Shown: piece by piece, positions 38,201-47,374 of the stretch
How the letters are laid out: every line of letters starts with the position of its first letter
Numbering within the stretch: the stretch's first letter is position 1
Source: Pseudomonas phage Luminis
Sequence record: PQ632788.1
DNA: 53,253 nucleotides
Strand: one strand, 5' to 3'
The notes under the pieces: generated by a model
Databases searched by the model: none
What the model saw: the letters and a program-made list of their open reading frames with translations, nothing else
Told to the model about the DNA's origin: nothing
Translations under genes and position numbers: made by a program

Positions 38201-38983
38201 ATGGACTTTGAATTCACTCCGGTCGATTCCATCGACAAGGTCCCGGAACAGTTCCGGGGAATCTACAAGCAGGGCGATGATGGCAAGTACGTCCCGGACG
38301 AAGCCCACAAGGGGATCGTGGAGGCCGTGACCGGCCTGAACCGCTCCCTCAAGGCTGCTCGTGCGGAGGCGAAGGCCAAGACCTCCGTGGACCTGACCCC
38401 GCTGGCTGACTTCGGTGCGACGCCGGAGGAAATCAAGGCCAACATCACCACGAAGCTGACCGAACTCCAGAACGAACTGGCCAAGGGCGGCGAAGCCAAG
38501 CTGAACCTGGACAAGGTTCGCCAGGAGCTGGCCGATGCGCACGCGAAGGACCTGAAGAAGGCCGGAGCCCGCGCCGAAGCCCTCCAGAACCAGCTGTATG
38601 GGCTCCTGGTCGAGAACGCCGCCACTGCCGCCGTCGCGGAGCTGAAGGGCGTCCCGGAACTCCTGCTGCCGTTCATCAAGAACCAGGTCAAGGTTGTCGA
38701 GCAGGACGGTGAATTCAAGGTGTTCGTGGTCGATGCCCAGGGTGACCAGCGTTACTCGGGCGTGACCGGCCAGCCCATGACCATCCGCGAGCTGGTCAGC
38801 GAAATGAAGGCCAACGAGAAGTATGGCCGCCTGTTCGAGTCGGAAGCCCCGGCGGGCGGCGGCATGCCTCCGCGTGGTGGTCAGACGCCTCCGCGCCAGC
38901 AGGGCAAGGTCCTGACCGCCAACGAAAAGATCGCCCAGGGCCTCGCCAAGGGTCAGTTCAAGGCGGGCCGCGGTCGGGCGTGA
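38201..38983 (+). CDS. Scaffolding protein
   Basis: Ala/Lys/Glu-rich coiled-coil composition immediately upstream of the major capsid gene. Confidence 0.6.
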   Translation: MDFEFTPVDSIDKVPEQFRGIYKQGDDGKYVPDEAHKGIVEAVTGLNRSLKAARAEAKAKTSVDLTPLADFGATPEEIKANITTKLTELQNELAKGGEAKLNLDKVRQELADAHAKDLKKAGARAEALQNQLYGLLVENAATAAVAELKGVPELLLPFIKNQVKVVEQDGEFKVFVVDAQGDQRYSGVTGQPMTIRELVSEMKANEKYGRLFESEAPAGGGMPPRGGQTPPRQQGKVLTANEKIAQGLAKGQFKAGRGRA

Positions 38984-38989
38984 CGGATC

Positions 38990-39028
38990 GGGGAGGCCCC
39001 CAAGTTTGGCCAGGGGGCTTCCCTTTTT
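38990..39028 (+). terminator. Hairpin followed by a T-run
   Basis: GGGGAGGCCCCC...GGGGGCTTCCC followed by TTTTT. Confidence 0.5.
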
Positions 39029-39178
39029 CGCAACTTGGTACTATACTGACGTCACTTTTGGTTGTATAGCCAGAGGCGAAGGCCCACAGGAGTGATTCCG
39101 CGGGCCGCGACGGAACACCGGGTGATCCGGCACGGCTGAAAACCGCTTGAGTCATCAACTTCTGAAGGAGGGCCAATC

Positions 39179-40111
39179 ATGGCTTCTGTTACCCTTGCCG
39201 AAAGCGCCAAGCTGGCCCAGGACGAACTGGTTGCTGGCGTGATCGAGAACATCATCACCGTCAACCGCATGTTCGACGTGCTGCCCTTCGACTCCATCGA
39301 AGGCAACAGCCTCGCGTACAACCGCGAGAACGTCCTTGGCGACGTCATCATGGCCGGTGTCGGCACGACCTTCTCCGGCGCTGGCGCTGGTAAGGCCGCT
39401 GCGACCTTCACCAAGGTCAACTCCAACCTCACCACCATCATGGGTGACGCCGAAGTGAACGGCCTGATCCAGGCTACCCGCTCCGGCGACGGCAACGACC
39501 AGACCGCTGTCCAGATCGCCTCCAAGGCGAAGTCCGCTGGCCGCAAGTACCAGGACCAGCTGATCAACGGCACCGGCGCGGGCAACGAGTTCGCGGGCCT
39601 GATCCAGCTGTGCGCCTCCGGTCAGAAAGCGACCACCGGCGCGAACGGCTCCAGCATCAGCTTCGCCATCCTGGATGAGCTGATGGACCTCGTGGTGGAC
39701 AAGGACGGCCAGGTGGACTACATCACCATGCATGCGCGTACCCTGCGCAGCTACAAGGCGCTGCTCCGCGCCCTGGGTGGTGCGTCCATCAACGAGGTTG
39801 TCGAGCTGCCCAGCGGTGCGGAGGTTCCGGCCTACTCGGGCACCCCGATCTTCCGCAACGACTACATCCCGACCAACCAGACCAAGGGCACCGGCACCAA
39901 CACCACCACGATCTTCGCTGGTACGCTGGATGACGGTTCGCGCACCCACGGCATCGCCGGTCTGACCGCGACCCAGGCCGCGGGCATCCAGGTTGTGGAC
40001 GTGGGCGAGTCGGAGGACTCCGATGAGCACATCTGGCGCGTCAAGTGGTACTGCGGCCTGGCTCTGTTCAGCGAGAAGGGGCTTGCCGCCGCAGACGGCA
40101 TCCTCAACTAA
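39179..40111 (+). CDS. Major capsid protein
   Basis: Position after the scaffold gene. 310 aa. GAAGGAGG RBS. Strong terminator downstream. Confidence 0.75.
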   Translation: MASVTLAESAKLAQDELVAGVIENIITVNRMFDVLPFDSIEGNSLAYNRENVLGDVIMAGVGTTFSGAGAGKAAATFTKVNSNLTTIMGDAEVNGLIQATRSGDGNDQTAVQIASKAKSAGRKYQDQLINGTGAGNEFAGLIQLCASGQKATTGANGSSISFAILDELMDLVVDKDGQVDYITMHARTLRSYKALLRALGGASINEVVELPSGAEVPAYSGTPIFRNDYIPTNQTKGTGTNTTTIFAGTLDDGSRTHGIAGLTATQAAGIQVVDVGESEDSDEHIWRVKWYCGLALFSEKGLAAADGILN

Positions 40112-40156
40112 GGCAGTCCCGCCCTCCGGGGAGGGCTCTGCCCCGTAGTACCCGAA

Positions 40157-40193
40157 GGGCGGGCCGGTCTGAGACTGGTCCGCCCTTTGTTTG
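40157..40193 (+). terminator. Rho-independent terminator after the capsid gene
   Basis: GGGCGGGCCGGTCT...AGACTGGTCCGCCC long hairpin followed by TTTGTTTG. Confidence 0.65.
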
Positions 40194-40215
40194 AACGCAT
40201 TCAGGAGAACCCATC

Positions 40216-40788
40216 ATGCCAGCTTACCTTGTAACCCTGGACCGGAACAAGTCCGGCCACAATCTGACGCACGGCGCGGACGCCATGGTGGTGTTCGCCG
40301 CTTCCGACACCATCGCCAAGCAGACTGCTGCCGCGAAGTTCGACGGCGACGGCCTGGCCTGGCTCAACGATTCGACCGTGACCGAAATCACCGCCGGAGC
40401 CGACTGGGACGGTTGGACCTTCAACGTGACGGTCTTGGGCGGAGGCCCGGACGGAGCGCCCATCAGCGTCACCGTGGTCGGAGACGCGACCAACAACACC
40501 GTGGACGAAATCGCCGCGGCCCTGGTCACCGCTCTGAACGCAACCCAGATCAACGCCGCGTCCTATGACGCTGTCACGAACACCCTCACCATCGCGGGAG
40601 CTGCGGACGCCTTGGGCGACCAGCAAGTTGCGGTGCGGATCACGCCGCCCGGGGGCAAATCCCCCATCGACGCCCTGGTGGGCGCGATCACGGACGGCGG
40701 AGCCTCGGGTGACGCCCTCAGCGTGGTTCTGCCTGCCGACGCTGCTGTGGTTCCGCGGGTCCTCGCCGCGGTGAAGCAGGCTGAATAA
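40216..40788 (+). CDS. Hypothetical structural protein
   Basis: AGGAG RBS. Ala/Thr/Val-rich. Confidence 0.5.
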   Translation: MPAYLVTLDRNKSGHNLTHGADAMVVFAASDTIAKQTAAAKFDGDGLAWLNDSTVTEITAGADWDGWTFNVTVLGGGPDGAPISVTVVGDATNNTVDEIAAALVTALNATQINAASYDAVTNTLTIAGAADALGDQQVAVRITPPGGKSPIDALVGAITDGGASGDALSVVLPADAAVVPRVLAAVKQAE

Positions 40789-40807
40789 CCCCAGGAGAAC
40801 CGTACAA

Positions 40808-41413
40808 ATGTCCACCATCATTCAAACAACCTTTGTCCTGACCGGAACCCTCGCAGGTCGCACGATCCGCCTGGGCAGTCAGCCCTACGCCTTCGAGAAG
40901 GGCCGCTTGACCATCACCGCTCCGGCGGAGGAGGTCGCCCTGCACGCCCGCTTCCTCGAACGCAACTGGCAGGCTTACCCGGAAGGACACCCCGCACTGA
41001 AGGAGGTGCCCGATGGCCAGCGTGATCTTCAAGAAGGCTCCCAGCCGGACGGCCAACAGCCGGTACACAGCGACGTTCAGCCCAACGGGGGCGGGACTGA
41101 AGCCGGTGACGCGGCACCTGTCAGCGGCGGAGGTGTCGAAGCCGAAGCCGGGCAAGCCGGGGGTGTACCCGATGGGGACGGACAACCGGCGGTCCTGACC
41201 GATCCGGTGAAGGAGCCGACCGTGGAGCTGAACACCAAGCTCCAGAAGGCGGTCCTGGGCCTGGACCCGGCGGACGACACCCACTGGACCAAGGACGGAA
41301 AGCCCGCGATGACCGCCGTGGAGAAGCTGTATGGCTCCGCCGGCATCACCCGCGCTGACGTGGAAGCCGTCGCCCCGGGCCACACCCGCGAGAAGGCGAA
41401 GGCCGCTCAGTAA
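40808..41413 (+). CDS. Hypothetical structural protein with Gly/Gln/Pro-rich middle region
   Basis: AGGAG RBS. Confidence 0.5.
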   Translation: MSTIIQTTFVLTGTLAGRTIRLGSQPYAFEKGRLTITAPAEEVALHARFLERNWQAYPEGHPALKEVPDGQRDLQEGSQPDGQQPVHSDVQPNGGGTEAGDAAPVSGGGVEAEAGQAGGVPDGDGQPAVLTDPVKEPTVELNTKLQKAVLGLDPADDTHWTKDGKPAMTAVEKLYGSAGITRADVEAVAPGHTREKAKAAQ

Positions 41414-41440
41414 CCCAACCAACTCCGAAGGAGAAGCATC

Positions 41441-41611
41441 ATGGCGAAATCCGGCACCACCAAGGCAACCGCCTCGAAGATGGTCAATGCCTCGAAGTCT
41501 GGCGTGCGTCACGGCCAGAACTCGAAGAACGTGGTCATGGGCGGCAAGTCCGCTCCGGCCCCTTCCGGCCCCACCGCCCCGATCAAGGGCATGGACAAGG
41601 GCGGGGTCTGA
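41441..41611 (+). CDS. Small Lys/Ser/Gly-rich protein (56 aa), not in the ORF track
   Basis: GAAGGAG RBS. GC3 about 85%. Confidence 0.5.
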   Translation: MAKSGTTKATASKMVNASKSGVRHGQNSKNVVMGGKSAPAPSGPTAPIKGMDKGGV

Positions 41612-41614
41612 CCC

Positions 41615-42184
41615 GTGTTCGGCTTCCCCTCCTCCAAGGTCTGGGCCGCGGCGGGCGTCCTGCTCGCCGTCGCCTTGATCGCCTTCGCGGGCTACGGCTA
41701 CGGCTACGGCTCCGGGAAGGCGGACGCGACCGCGGAGGCGGCGGAGGCCATGGACAGATACAAGGAGGAGGTCCGCGCCCGGGAACGGGAGCAGGAACGC
41801 CTCCTGGCTGAGGCCAACGACAAGAACCGTGAACAGGAGAAAGCCCATGAACAGCGTGTCGCAGACCTCCGGGCGGAGTTCGCCCAACAGCAAGCGGACG
41901 CCCGGGCGCGGGATGAGCGCACTATTGCTGATTTGCGGTCTGGCAATCAGCGGCTGCGCCTCCAAGTCTCCTCTTGTGGTGCGGCCCGATCCGGTGCGGC
42001 TGAGTCCGCCCCCGGCGGAGCTGATGGAGCCGGAACAGCCGAACTTGCGCCAGAGACTTCAGCAGCTCTCTGGGGAATCGCCGCAGACGGCGACCGGGCC
42101 ATCAGGAAACTGACCGCCCTTCAGGCTTGGGCGCGGTCCGCCGTCCAGCTTTGTACCATACCGCAACCGGAGAACCAACAATGA
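41615..42184 (+). CDS. i-spanin (Rz-like)
   Basis: N-terminal TM AAAGVLLAVALIAFAG. Long charged coiled-coil. Periplasmic C-terminus. Contains an embedded lipoprotein ORF in the +1 frame. Confidence 0.65.
   Translation: MFGFPSSKVWAAAGVLLAVALIAFAGYGYGYGSGKADATAEAAEAMDRYKEEVRAREREQERLLAEANDKNREQEKAHEQRVADLRAEFAQQQADARARDERTIADLRSGNQRLRLQVSSCGAARSGAAESAPGGADGAGTAELAPETSAALWGIAADGDRAIRKLTALQAWARSAVQLCTIPQPENQQ
41913..42113 (+). CDS. o-spanin (Rz1-like lipoprotein) embedded within the i-spanin gene
   Basis: MSALLLICGLAISGC lipobox, then Pro-rich mature part. Track ORF 41829-42113 gives alternative starts. Confidence 0.6.
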   Translation: MSALLLICGLAISGCASKSPLVVRPDPVRLSPPPAELMEPEQPNLRQRLQQLSGESPQTATGPSGN

Positions 42185-42516
42185 ACATCGCCGTCACCCG
42201 CTTCCTTGCCCGACTGCGCAAGCGCCTCGCGCCCTTCTTCGACATGACGGCTTGGGTTCTGCTCATCGCCAGCATCGTCCCGTTGCTGCTGATCGACCCG
42301 GCCATGGTGGTTACGCTCGCGCAGTGGACAGCGTTTGCCCTCGCGCTGGCGGGAATCACCGTTGTGATCACCCGTGTGGTACTACCCCAGGTGGACCTAT
42401 CGGAATGGCTCGCGCATGCCCGGGAGGGCTCGGTGGCTGGGGGCCTCGTGGTCCTCGCCGTCTCCCTGACCGTCTGCTTCACCTTCCTGGGATTGGTACT
42501 ATGGGCAAAAGCCTGA
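42181..42516 (+). CDS. Holin candidate (three predicted TM helices)
   Basis: ATGA overlap with the spanin stop. Hydrophobic segments VLLIASIVPLLLI, FALALAGITVVIT, GLVVLAVSLTVCFTFLGLVLW. Confidence 0.5.
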   Translation: MNIAVTRFLARLRKRLAPFFDMTAWVLLIASIVPLLLIDPAMVVTLAQWTAFALALAGITVVITRVVLPQVDLSEWLAHAREGSVAGGLVVLAVSLTVCFTFLGLVLWAKA

Positions 42517-43226
42517 TTCACTTCGCCTTCGCGGTCCTCTGCTGGGCCTTCGGCTCCGTCGCCCTCGCCCAGGACGCCCGCACCTTCGTCCCTTCAGGGG
42601 CGAAGGTGTACGCGCCCGTGCTGGTTGAGAAGCAGAAGGCGGTCTGGCCGCAAGCCCCGGAGCCCTGGACCCTCGCCGGTCTGGTGGAGCAGGAAAGCTG
42701 TATCAGCCTGACGCACTCCCGCTGCTGGAACCCGCGGGCGGAGCTGCGCACCCATCGTGAATACGGCTTCGGCTTCGGTCAGGTCACGGTCGCCTATCGC
42801 CCGGACGGCTCCGAACGCATGAACGTGTTCAACGAACTGCGCAACGCCCACGCCTCCCTCCGCGATTGGACCTGGGAGAACCGCTATGACCCGGGCTTCC
42901 AGCTCACGGCCATCGTGGAAATGAACCGGAGCCTGTGGCGGAGGATCGCCGCGAACCCGGGCGCGACGGTCACGGACCAGTGGGCCTTCGTCCTGTCCAG
43001 CTACAACGGCGGGGCGGCGGGCGTCCTACAGGATCGCCGCCTGTGCTCGAACACCCGCGGATGCGACCCGGCCCGTTGGTTTGGGCACGTGGAACGCACC
43101 AGCCTCAAGTCCCGCGTCCCTCAGCCCGGGTACGGGAACCGGAGCTGGTATGAGATCAACCGGAGCCACGTGCGGAACGTCCTGACGATCCGCCGGGCCA
43201 AATATCAAGCCTTCTGGAGGACGTGA
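42501..43226 (+). CDS. Endolysin, lytic-transglycosylase-like with N-terminal signal/SAR sequence
   Basis: MGKSLIHFAFAVLCWAFGSVALA leader. GLVEQES catalytic-glutamate motif of SLT domains. Confidence 0.65.
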   Translation: MGKSLIHFAFAVLCWAFGSVALAQDARTFVPSGAKVYAPVLVEKQKAVWPQAPEPWTLAGLVEQESCISLTHSRCWNPRAELRTHREYGFGFGQVTVAYRPDGSERMNVFNELRNAHASLRDWTWENRYDPGFQLTAIVEMNRSLWRRIAANPGATVTDQWAFVLSSYNGGAAGVLQDRRLCSNTRGCDPARWFGHVERTSLKSRVPQPGYGNRSWYEINRSHVRNVLTIRRAKYQAFWRT

Positions 43227-43744
43227 TGGCCTTGATCGTCCAAGACAACACGGGAGCCGTCGCCGGGGCGAACGCCTACATCAGCGTGGAGGAGTTCAAG
43301 ACCTACCACACTGACCGCGGCAACTCCTTCGCGGGCTACACGGACCCTCAGATTGAGGCCGCGGTCATCCGCGCGACCGACTACCTGGACCAGCGGTTCA
43401 ACTTCGTGGGCAAGAAGCGGCTGGGCCGCGACCAGACCACGGAATGGCCTCGGACGGACGCCTGGGACCGTGACCGCTACTACATCAACGACATCCCGCC
43501 GGAGGTGAAGGAAGCCTGCTGTGAGTACGCCCTGCGTGCCCTCGCCGCGGAGCTGAACCCCGACCCGGAGCGGAACGCCTCGGGCGTGGCGGTCCTGTCG
43601 AAGTCGGAAGCGGTCGGACCCATCAGCGAGTCCGTCACCTTCGTGGGCGGGGCCGTGTTCCAGATGCCCAAATATCCGGCGGCGGACCAGAAGCTGGTCC
43701 GCGCGGGCCTTGTCCGCTCCGGCGGCACGTTGCTGCGGGGGTGA
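43226..43744 (+). CDS. Head-tail connector/adaptor protein
   Basis: Position after the lysis cassette. DPQIEAAVIRATDYLD pattern common in adaptor/DnaT-like phage proteins. Confidence 0.45.
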   Translation: MALIVQDNTGAVAGANAYISVEEFKTYHTDRGNSFAGYTDPQIEAAVIRATDYLDQRFNFVGKKRLGRDQTTEWPRTDAWDRDRYYINDIPPEVKEACCEYALRALAAELNPDPERNASGVAVLSKSEAVGPISESVTFVGGAVFQMPKYPAADQKLVRAGLVRSGGTLLRG

Positions 43745-43747
43745 TCC

Positions 43748-44116
43748 ATGGCACGGTTTGACTCCGCTATCGCGCTGGCCAAGAAGCTGATCAAGAAGAA
43801 CGGCCAGGCCGTGACCCTCCGGGGCTTCACCGCCGGGGCCGCTCCCGATCCGGCGAAGCCTTGGAAGCCGGGCGGCAACGTCGCGGCGGACCAGACCATT
43901 GAGGCGGTGTTCCTGGACTATGAGCAACGCTACATCGACGGCCAGACGATCCGCATGGGCGACCAGCGCGTGTTCATGCCCGCGGAGGGCCTGACGGCTC
44001 CGCCGGAGGTCGAAGGCTTGGTGCTGCGGGGCTTGGAGGTCTGGAAGGTCATCGCCGTGAAACCGCTGAACCCGAACGGGCAAGCGATCATGTATGAATT
44101 GCAGGTGCGCCAATGA
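43748..44116 (+). CDS. Head-tail joining (head closure) protein candidate
   Basis: Size and position. Confidence 0.4.
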   Translation: MARFDSAIALAKKLIKKNGQAVTLRGFTAGAAPDPAKPWKPGGNVAADQTIEAVFLDYEQRYIDGQTIRMGDQRVFMPAEGLTAPPEVEGLVLRGLEVWKVIAVKPLNPNGQAIMYELQVRQ

Positions 44117-44565
44117 CCCTCCCGACCTTTGACAGCGCCCGCGACGAAATCCTTGGGCTGTTCAACACGAAGTGGACCACGGACACCCCGGCCCTCAACG
44201 GCGGGGCTCCGATCCGCGTGGAATGGCCCGGGGTGGACGCGGGCGACCCTCCGCCCGCGGACAAGCCCTATGCCCGAATCACGTTGCGCCACACTATATC
44301 GCGGCAGGCGACCTTCGGACCCACCGGCGGTCGCCGCTTTACCCGTCCCGGACTGATCACGGTACAAGTTTTCACCCCGCTGTCTGGGGGCCAAGGCTTG
44401 TCTCTTGCTGAAAAATGCGCGATAATCGCCCGGGACGCCTTCGAGGGGCGAGGCACCGCGAGCGGCATTTGGTTCCGCAACGCACGCATCCAGGAGATTG
44501 GCCCGGACGGCGCGTGGTATCAGATGAACGTGGTGGTGGAGTTCGAGTATGACGAACTGCGATGA
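44113..44565 (+). CDS. Tail completion / tail terminator-like protein
   Basis: ATGA-coupled. About 150 aa. Immediately upstream of the major tail gene. Confidence 0.45.
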   Translation: MTLPTFDSARDEILGLFNTKWTTDTPALNGGAPIRVEWPGVDAGDPPPADKPYARITLRHTISRQATFGPTGGRRFTRPGLITVQVFTPLSGGQGLSLAEKCAIIARDAFEGRGTASGIWFRNARIQEIGPDGAWYQMNVVVEFEYDELR

Positions 44566-44598
44566 ACCCCTTGCCACTTGAATTGAGGAGTTACAACC

Positions 44599-46131
44599 AT
44601 GGCTAACAAGATTGACTCGAACGTCACCGGCCTCCGCTACGCGGAGGAGGACACGATCAAGAACCTGCCCGTGTCGCCGGTGTGGTATCCGCTGGAGCCC
44701 AACGGCTACAACGACTTTGGTGGTCAGCTGACCACGGTCGCCCGGAACCCCATCAACCCGTCCCGCCAGCGCAAGAAGGGCGTGACCACGGACCTGGACG
44801 CCTCGGGCGGTTTCGGTCAGGACCTGACCCAGAACAACCTGACCCGCCTGCTTCAGGGCTTCTTTTTCGCGGACATCCGCGAGAAGGCCACCAACATCCC
44901 GACCAACGGGACCGCCGTGCCCTTCTCCGGCGTGACGGGCACCAGCAAGACCTACACCCTGGGCTCCGGCTCCGTGGGGTCGCAGTTCCTCGCCGGTGAT
45001 CTGGTCCTCGCCTCGGGCTTCGGCCAGGCCTCGAACAACGGCCTGAAGAACGTCGCCAGCTCCACCGCCACGACCGTGGTGGTGACTCAGACCGCCGTGG
45101 ATGAGACGCCCCCGGCGACCGCGAAGCTGATCAAGGTCGGTTTCCAGTTCGGCTCCGCTGAAATGAACATCGACGTGTCGGGCAGCTATCCGCGCCTGCT
45201 CCGCGCCTCCGGCACGAAGGATCTGACGACCCTGGGCCTTGTGGTGGGCGAGTGGGTGTTCATCGGCGGAGACGCGGCGGCGACCAAGTTCACCAACGCC
45301 GCCAACAACGGCTTCGCCCGCGTCCGCGCGGTCGCGGCCACCTACATCGAGTTTGACAAGACCGCCGGCACCATGGTGGCGGAGACGGGCACGGCCAAGA
45401 CCATCCAGCTGTTCTACGGCAACGTGATCAAGAACGAGCGGGACGCGAACCTGATCAAGCGCCGCACCTACCAGCTCGAACGTACCCTGGGCCAGGACGC
45501 GAACGGCACCATGTCGGAGTACCTGGTGGGAGCGGTCCCGAATGAACTGAGCCTCCAGATTCGCCAGGCCGACAAGGTCACGGTTGATCTGAGCTTCGTG
45601 GCGACCGATAACGAACAGCGCGACGGCTCCGCGGGCGTGAAGTCGGGCACCCGTCCCGACCTCGTGGACGCACCGGCCTTCAACACCTCCTCGGACTTCA
45701 GCCGGATCAAGATGCACCTGCTGACCGCGGGGAACTCGAACCCCACCGCCCTGTTCGCCTTCCTGACGGAGCTGACGCTGACGATCAACAACAACGTCTC
45801 GCCCAACAAGGCGGTCGCTGTCCTCGGGGCCTTCGACGTTTCCGCGGGCACCTTCCAGGTGTCGGGCAACGTGACGGCCTACTTCGCGGACATCGCGGCG
45901 GTCCAGGCGGTGCGCAACAACTCGGACGTGACGCTGGACTTCGCCTTGGTGAAGAACAACGCCGGTCTGGTGTGGGACATCCCGCTGCTCGCCCTGGGCG
46001 ACGGACGCCTGAACGTGGAGCAGGACCAGCCGATCACCCTGCCTCTGTCGGTGGACGCGGCGGAAAGCGCGGCGGGTTACACCCTGCTGCTCAATGAATT
46101 CCCTTACCTTCCGAACGCGGCTGACGTATAA
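44599..46131 (+). CDS. Major tail (tube) protein, large form
   Basis: GAGGAG RBS. Lies before the G/GT chaperone pair and the tape measure gene. Confidence 0.55.
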   Translation: MANKIDSNVTGLRYAEEDTIKNLPVSPVWYPLEPNGYNDFGGQLTTVARNPINPSRQRKKGVTTDLDASGGFGQDLTQNNLTRLLQGFFFADIREKATNIPTNGTAVPFSGVTGTSKTYTLGSGSVGSQFLAGDLVLASGFGQASNNGLKNVASSTATTVVVTQTAVDETPPATAKLIKVGFQFGSAEMNIDVSGSYPRLLRASGTKDLTTLGLVVGEWVFIGGDAAATKFTNAANNGFARVRAVAATYIEFDKTAGTMVAETGTAKTIQLFYGNVIKNERDANLIKRRTYQLERTLGQDANGTMSEYLVGAVPNELSLQIRQADKVTVDLSFVATDNEQRDGSAGVKSGTRPDLVDAPAFNTSSDFSRIKMHLLTAGNSNPTALFAFLTELTLTINNNVSPNKAVAVLGAFDVSAGTFQVSGNVTAYFADIAAVQAVRNNSDVTLDFALVKNNAGLVWDIPLLALGDGRLNVEQDQPITLPLSVDAAESAAGYTLLLNEFPYLPNAADV

Positions 46132-46144
46132 TCAACGGAGCCTG

Positions 46145-46164
46145 GGGAGGGCTCCGGCCCTCCC
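46145..46164 (+). terminator. GC hairpin GGGAGGGC-TCCG-GCCCTCCC (identical to the one at 28632)
   Basis: Exact 20-mer repeat after a stop codon. Confidence 0.4.
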
Positions 46165-46193
46165 TCCCCTCACCCTACGTGGAGAAACAGAGA

Positions 46194-46652
46194 ATGAGCC
46201 TGTACAAACTGTTCAAGACCAACGAGAACCTGGAAACGGACGGCATTTGGCTGGAGTACGGCCAGACCGCGGACGGCAAGCCGATCCGCATCAAGATTGC
46301 GCGTGCCGGGGGCCACAACGTCGCCTTCTCGAAGGCGCTGGAGAAGGCCACCCGCCCGTACAAGAAGGCCATCCAGACCGGGATGCTGGACAACAAGACC
46401 GCGGACCGCCTGTACAAGGAAGTGTTCGCGGAGACGGTGGTGCTGGATTGGATCAACGTGGAAGGCCCGGACGGCCAGCCGATGGACTTCAACAAGGAGA
46501 ACGTCCTGAAGCTGTTCGAGGACCTGCCGGACCTGTTCGTGGACCTCCGCGAGCAGTCCGCCAACGTGGCGCTGTTCCGCGATGAGGTGCGGGAGACGGA
46601 CCTGGGAAACTCTGGGAAGTCCTCTGCTACGGCTTCGAGCAAGGCCCAGTAG
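46194..46652 (+). CDS. Tail assembly chaperone (G-like)
   Basis: ATG 46194 with GGAG RBS. Ends with a stop 40 nt after the slippery site. Confidence 0.6.
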   Translation: MSLYKLFKTNENLETDGIWLEYGQTADGKPIRIKIARAGGHNVAFSKALEKATRPYKKAIQTGMLDNKTADRLYKEVFAETVVLDWINVEGPDGQPMDFNKENVLKLFEDLPDLFVDLREQSANVALFRDEVRETDLGNSGKSSATASSKAQ

Positions 46653-46942
46653 AGCAGAAGATCATCGAGCAGTGTATGCGGTTCGGGATGCCCTTGCCCG
46701 ACCGCATACAGAACGCCCCGGAGTTGACCCTTGGTTCGGAGCTGTACTACATCGGATTTTTGGACCTGACGTCATGTAGGCAAATCGGCACGGGCCTGGG
46801 ACCTATCCCGTTGTTGTCCATACTGGAGTATTGTATGATCAACGGGATCGAGGGCGAGCAGCAGGAGGACTTTGTTTGGTTCATCCAGCGACTTGACCAG
46901 AAGTATCTACAGTGGAGCGCAGCCCGTGCCAAGTCTAAGTGA
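46194..46942 (+). CDS. Tail assembly chaperone G-T fusion via -1 frameshift at 46604-46610
   Basis: Frame switch joins the 46194 ORF to the 46676-46942 frame, the conserved G/GT arrangement upstream of the tape measure gene. Confidence 0.5.
46604..46610 (+). other. Programmed -1 ribosomal frameshift site G GGA AAC
   Basis: X XXY YYZ heptamer in the zero frame of the G-like gene. The -1 frame is open from 46586 to 46942. Confidence 0.55.
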
Positions 46943-47372
46943 GTTCAGCCGACGCATTACCCTCCGGGGCCGAAAGGTCGCGGAGGGCGCTGACGCGCTC
47001 ACTCGCAAGGTCGCCCTCGCCGCGGATCAAGCCGTGGTGTCTGGGACGCCCGTGGACACGGGCCGCGCCCGATCCAACTGGATCGCCGCGATTGGCTCCG
47101 CTCCCTCCTCCGTGATTGATGCCTACTCGCCAGGCGAGGCAGGCAGCACCGAAGCCGCCAACACTCAGGCCGCGATTGACCAAGCTGAATCGGTCATTCG
47201 CGGGTACAATTACGGGGAGGAGATTCACATCACCAACAACCTCCCGTACATCCAACGACTGAATGACGGGTATTCCGCCCAAGCCCCGGCGAACTTCGTG
47301 GAACAGGCGGTGCTCGAAGCCGTCCAGGTTGTACAGTTCGGAAGGGTTGTTGACGGGGACCCGGGGAGCTGA
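46926..47372 (+). CDS. HK97 gp10-like tail component
   Basis: TPVDTGRARSNW motif. GTG 46926 after GGAG. Track ORF starts at 46872. Confidence 0.45.
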   Translation: MPSLSEFSRRITLRGRKVAEGADALTRKVALAADQAVVSGTPVDTGRARSNWIAAIGSAPSSVIDAYSPGEAGSTEAANTQAAIDQAESVIRGYNYGEEIHITNNLPYIQRLNDGYSAQAPANFVEQAVLEAVQVVQFGRVVDGDPGS

Positions 47373-47374
47373 CG

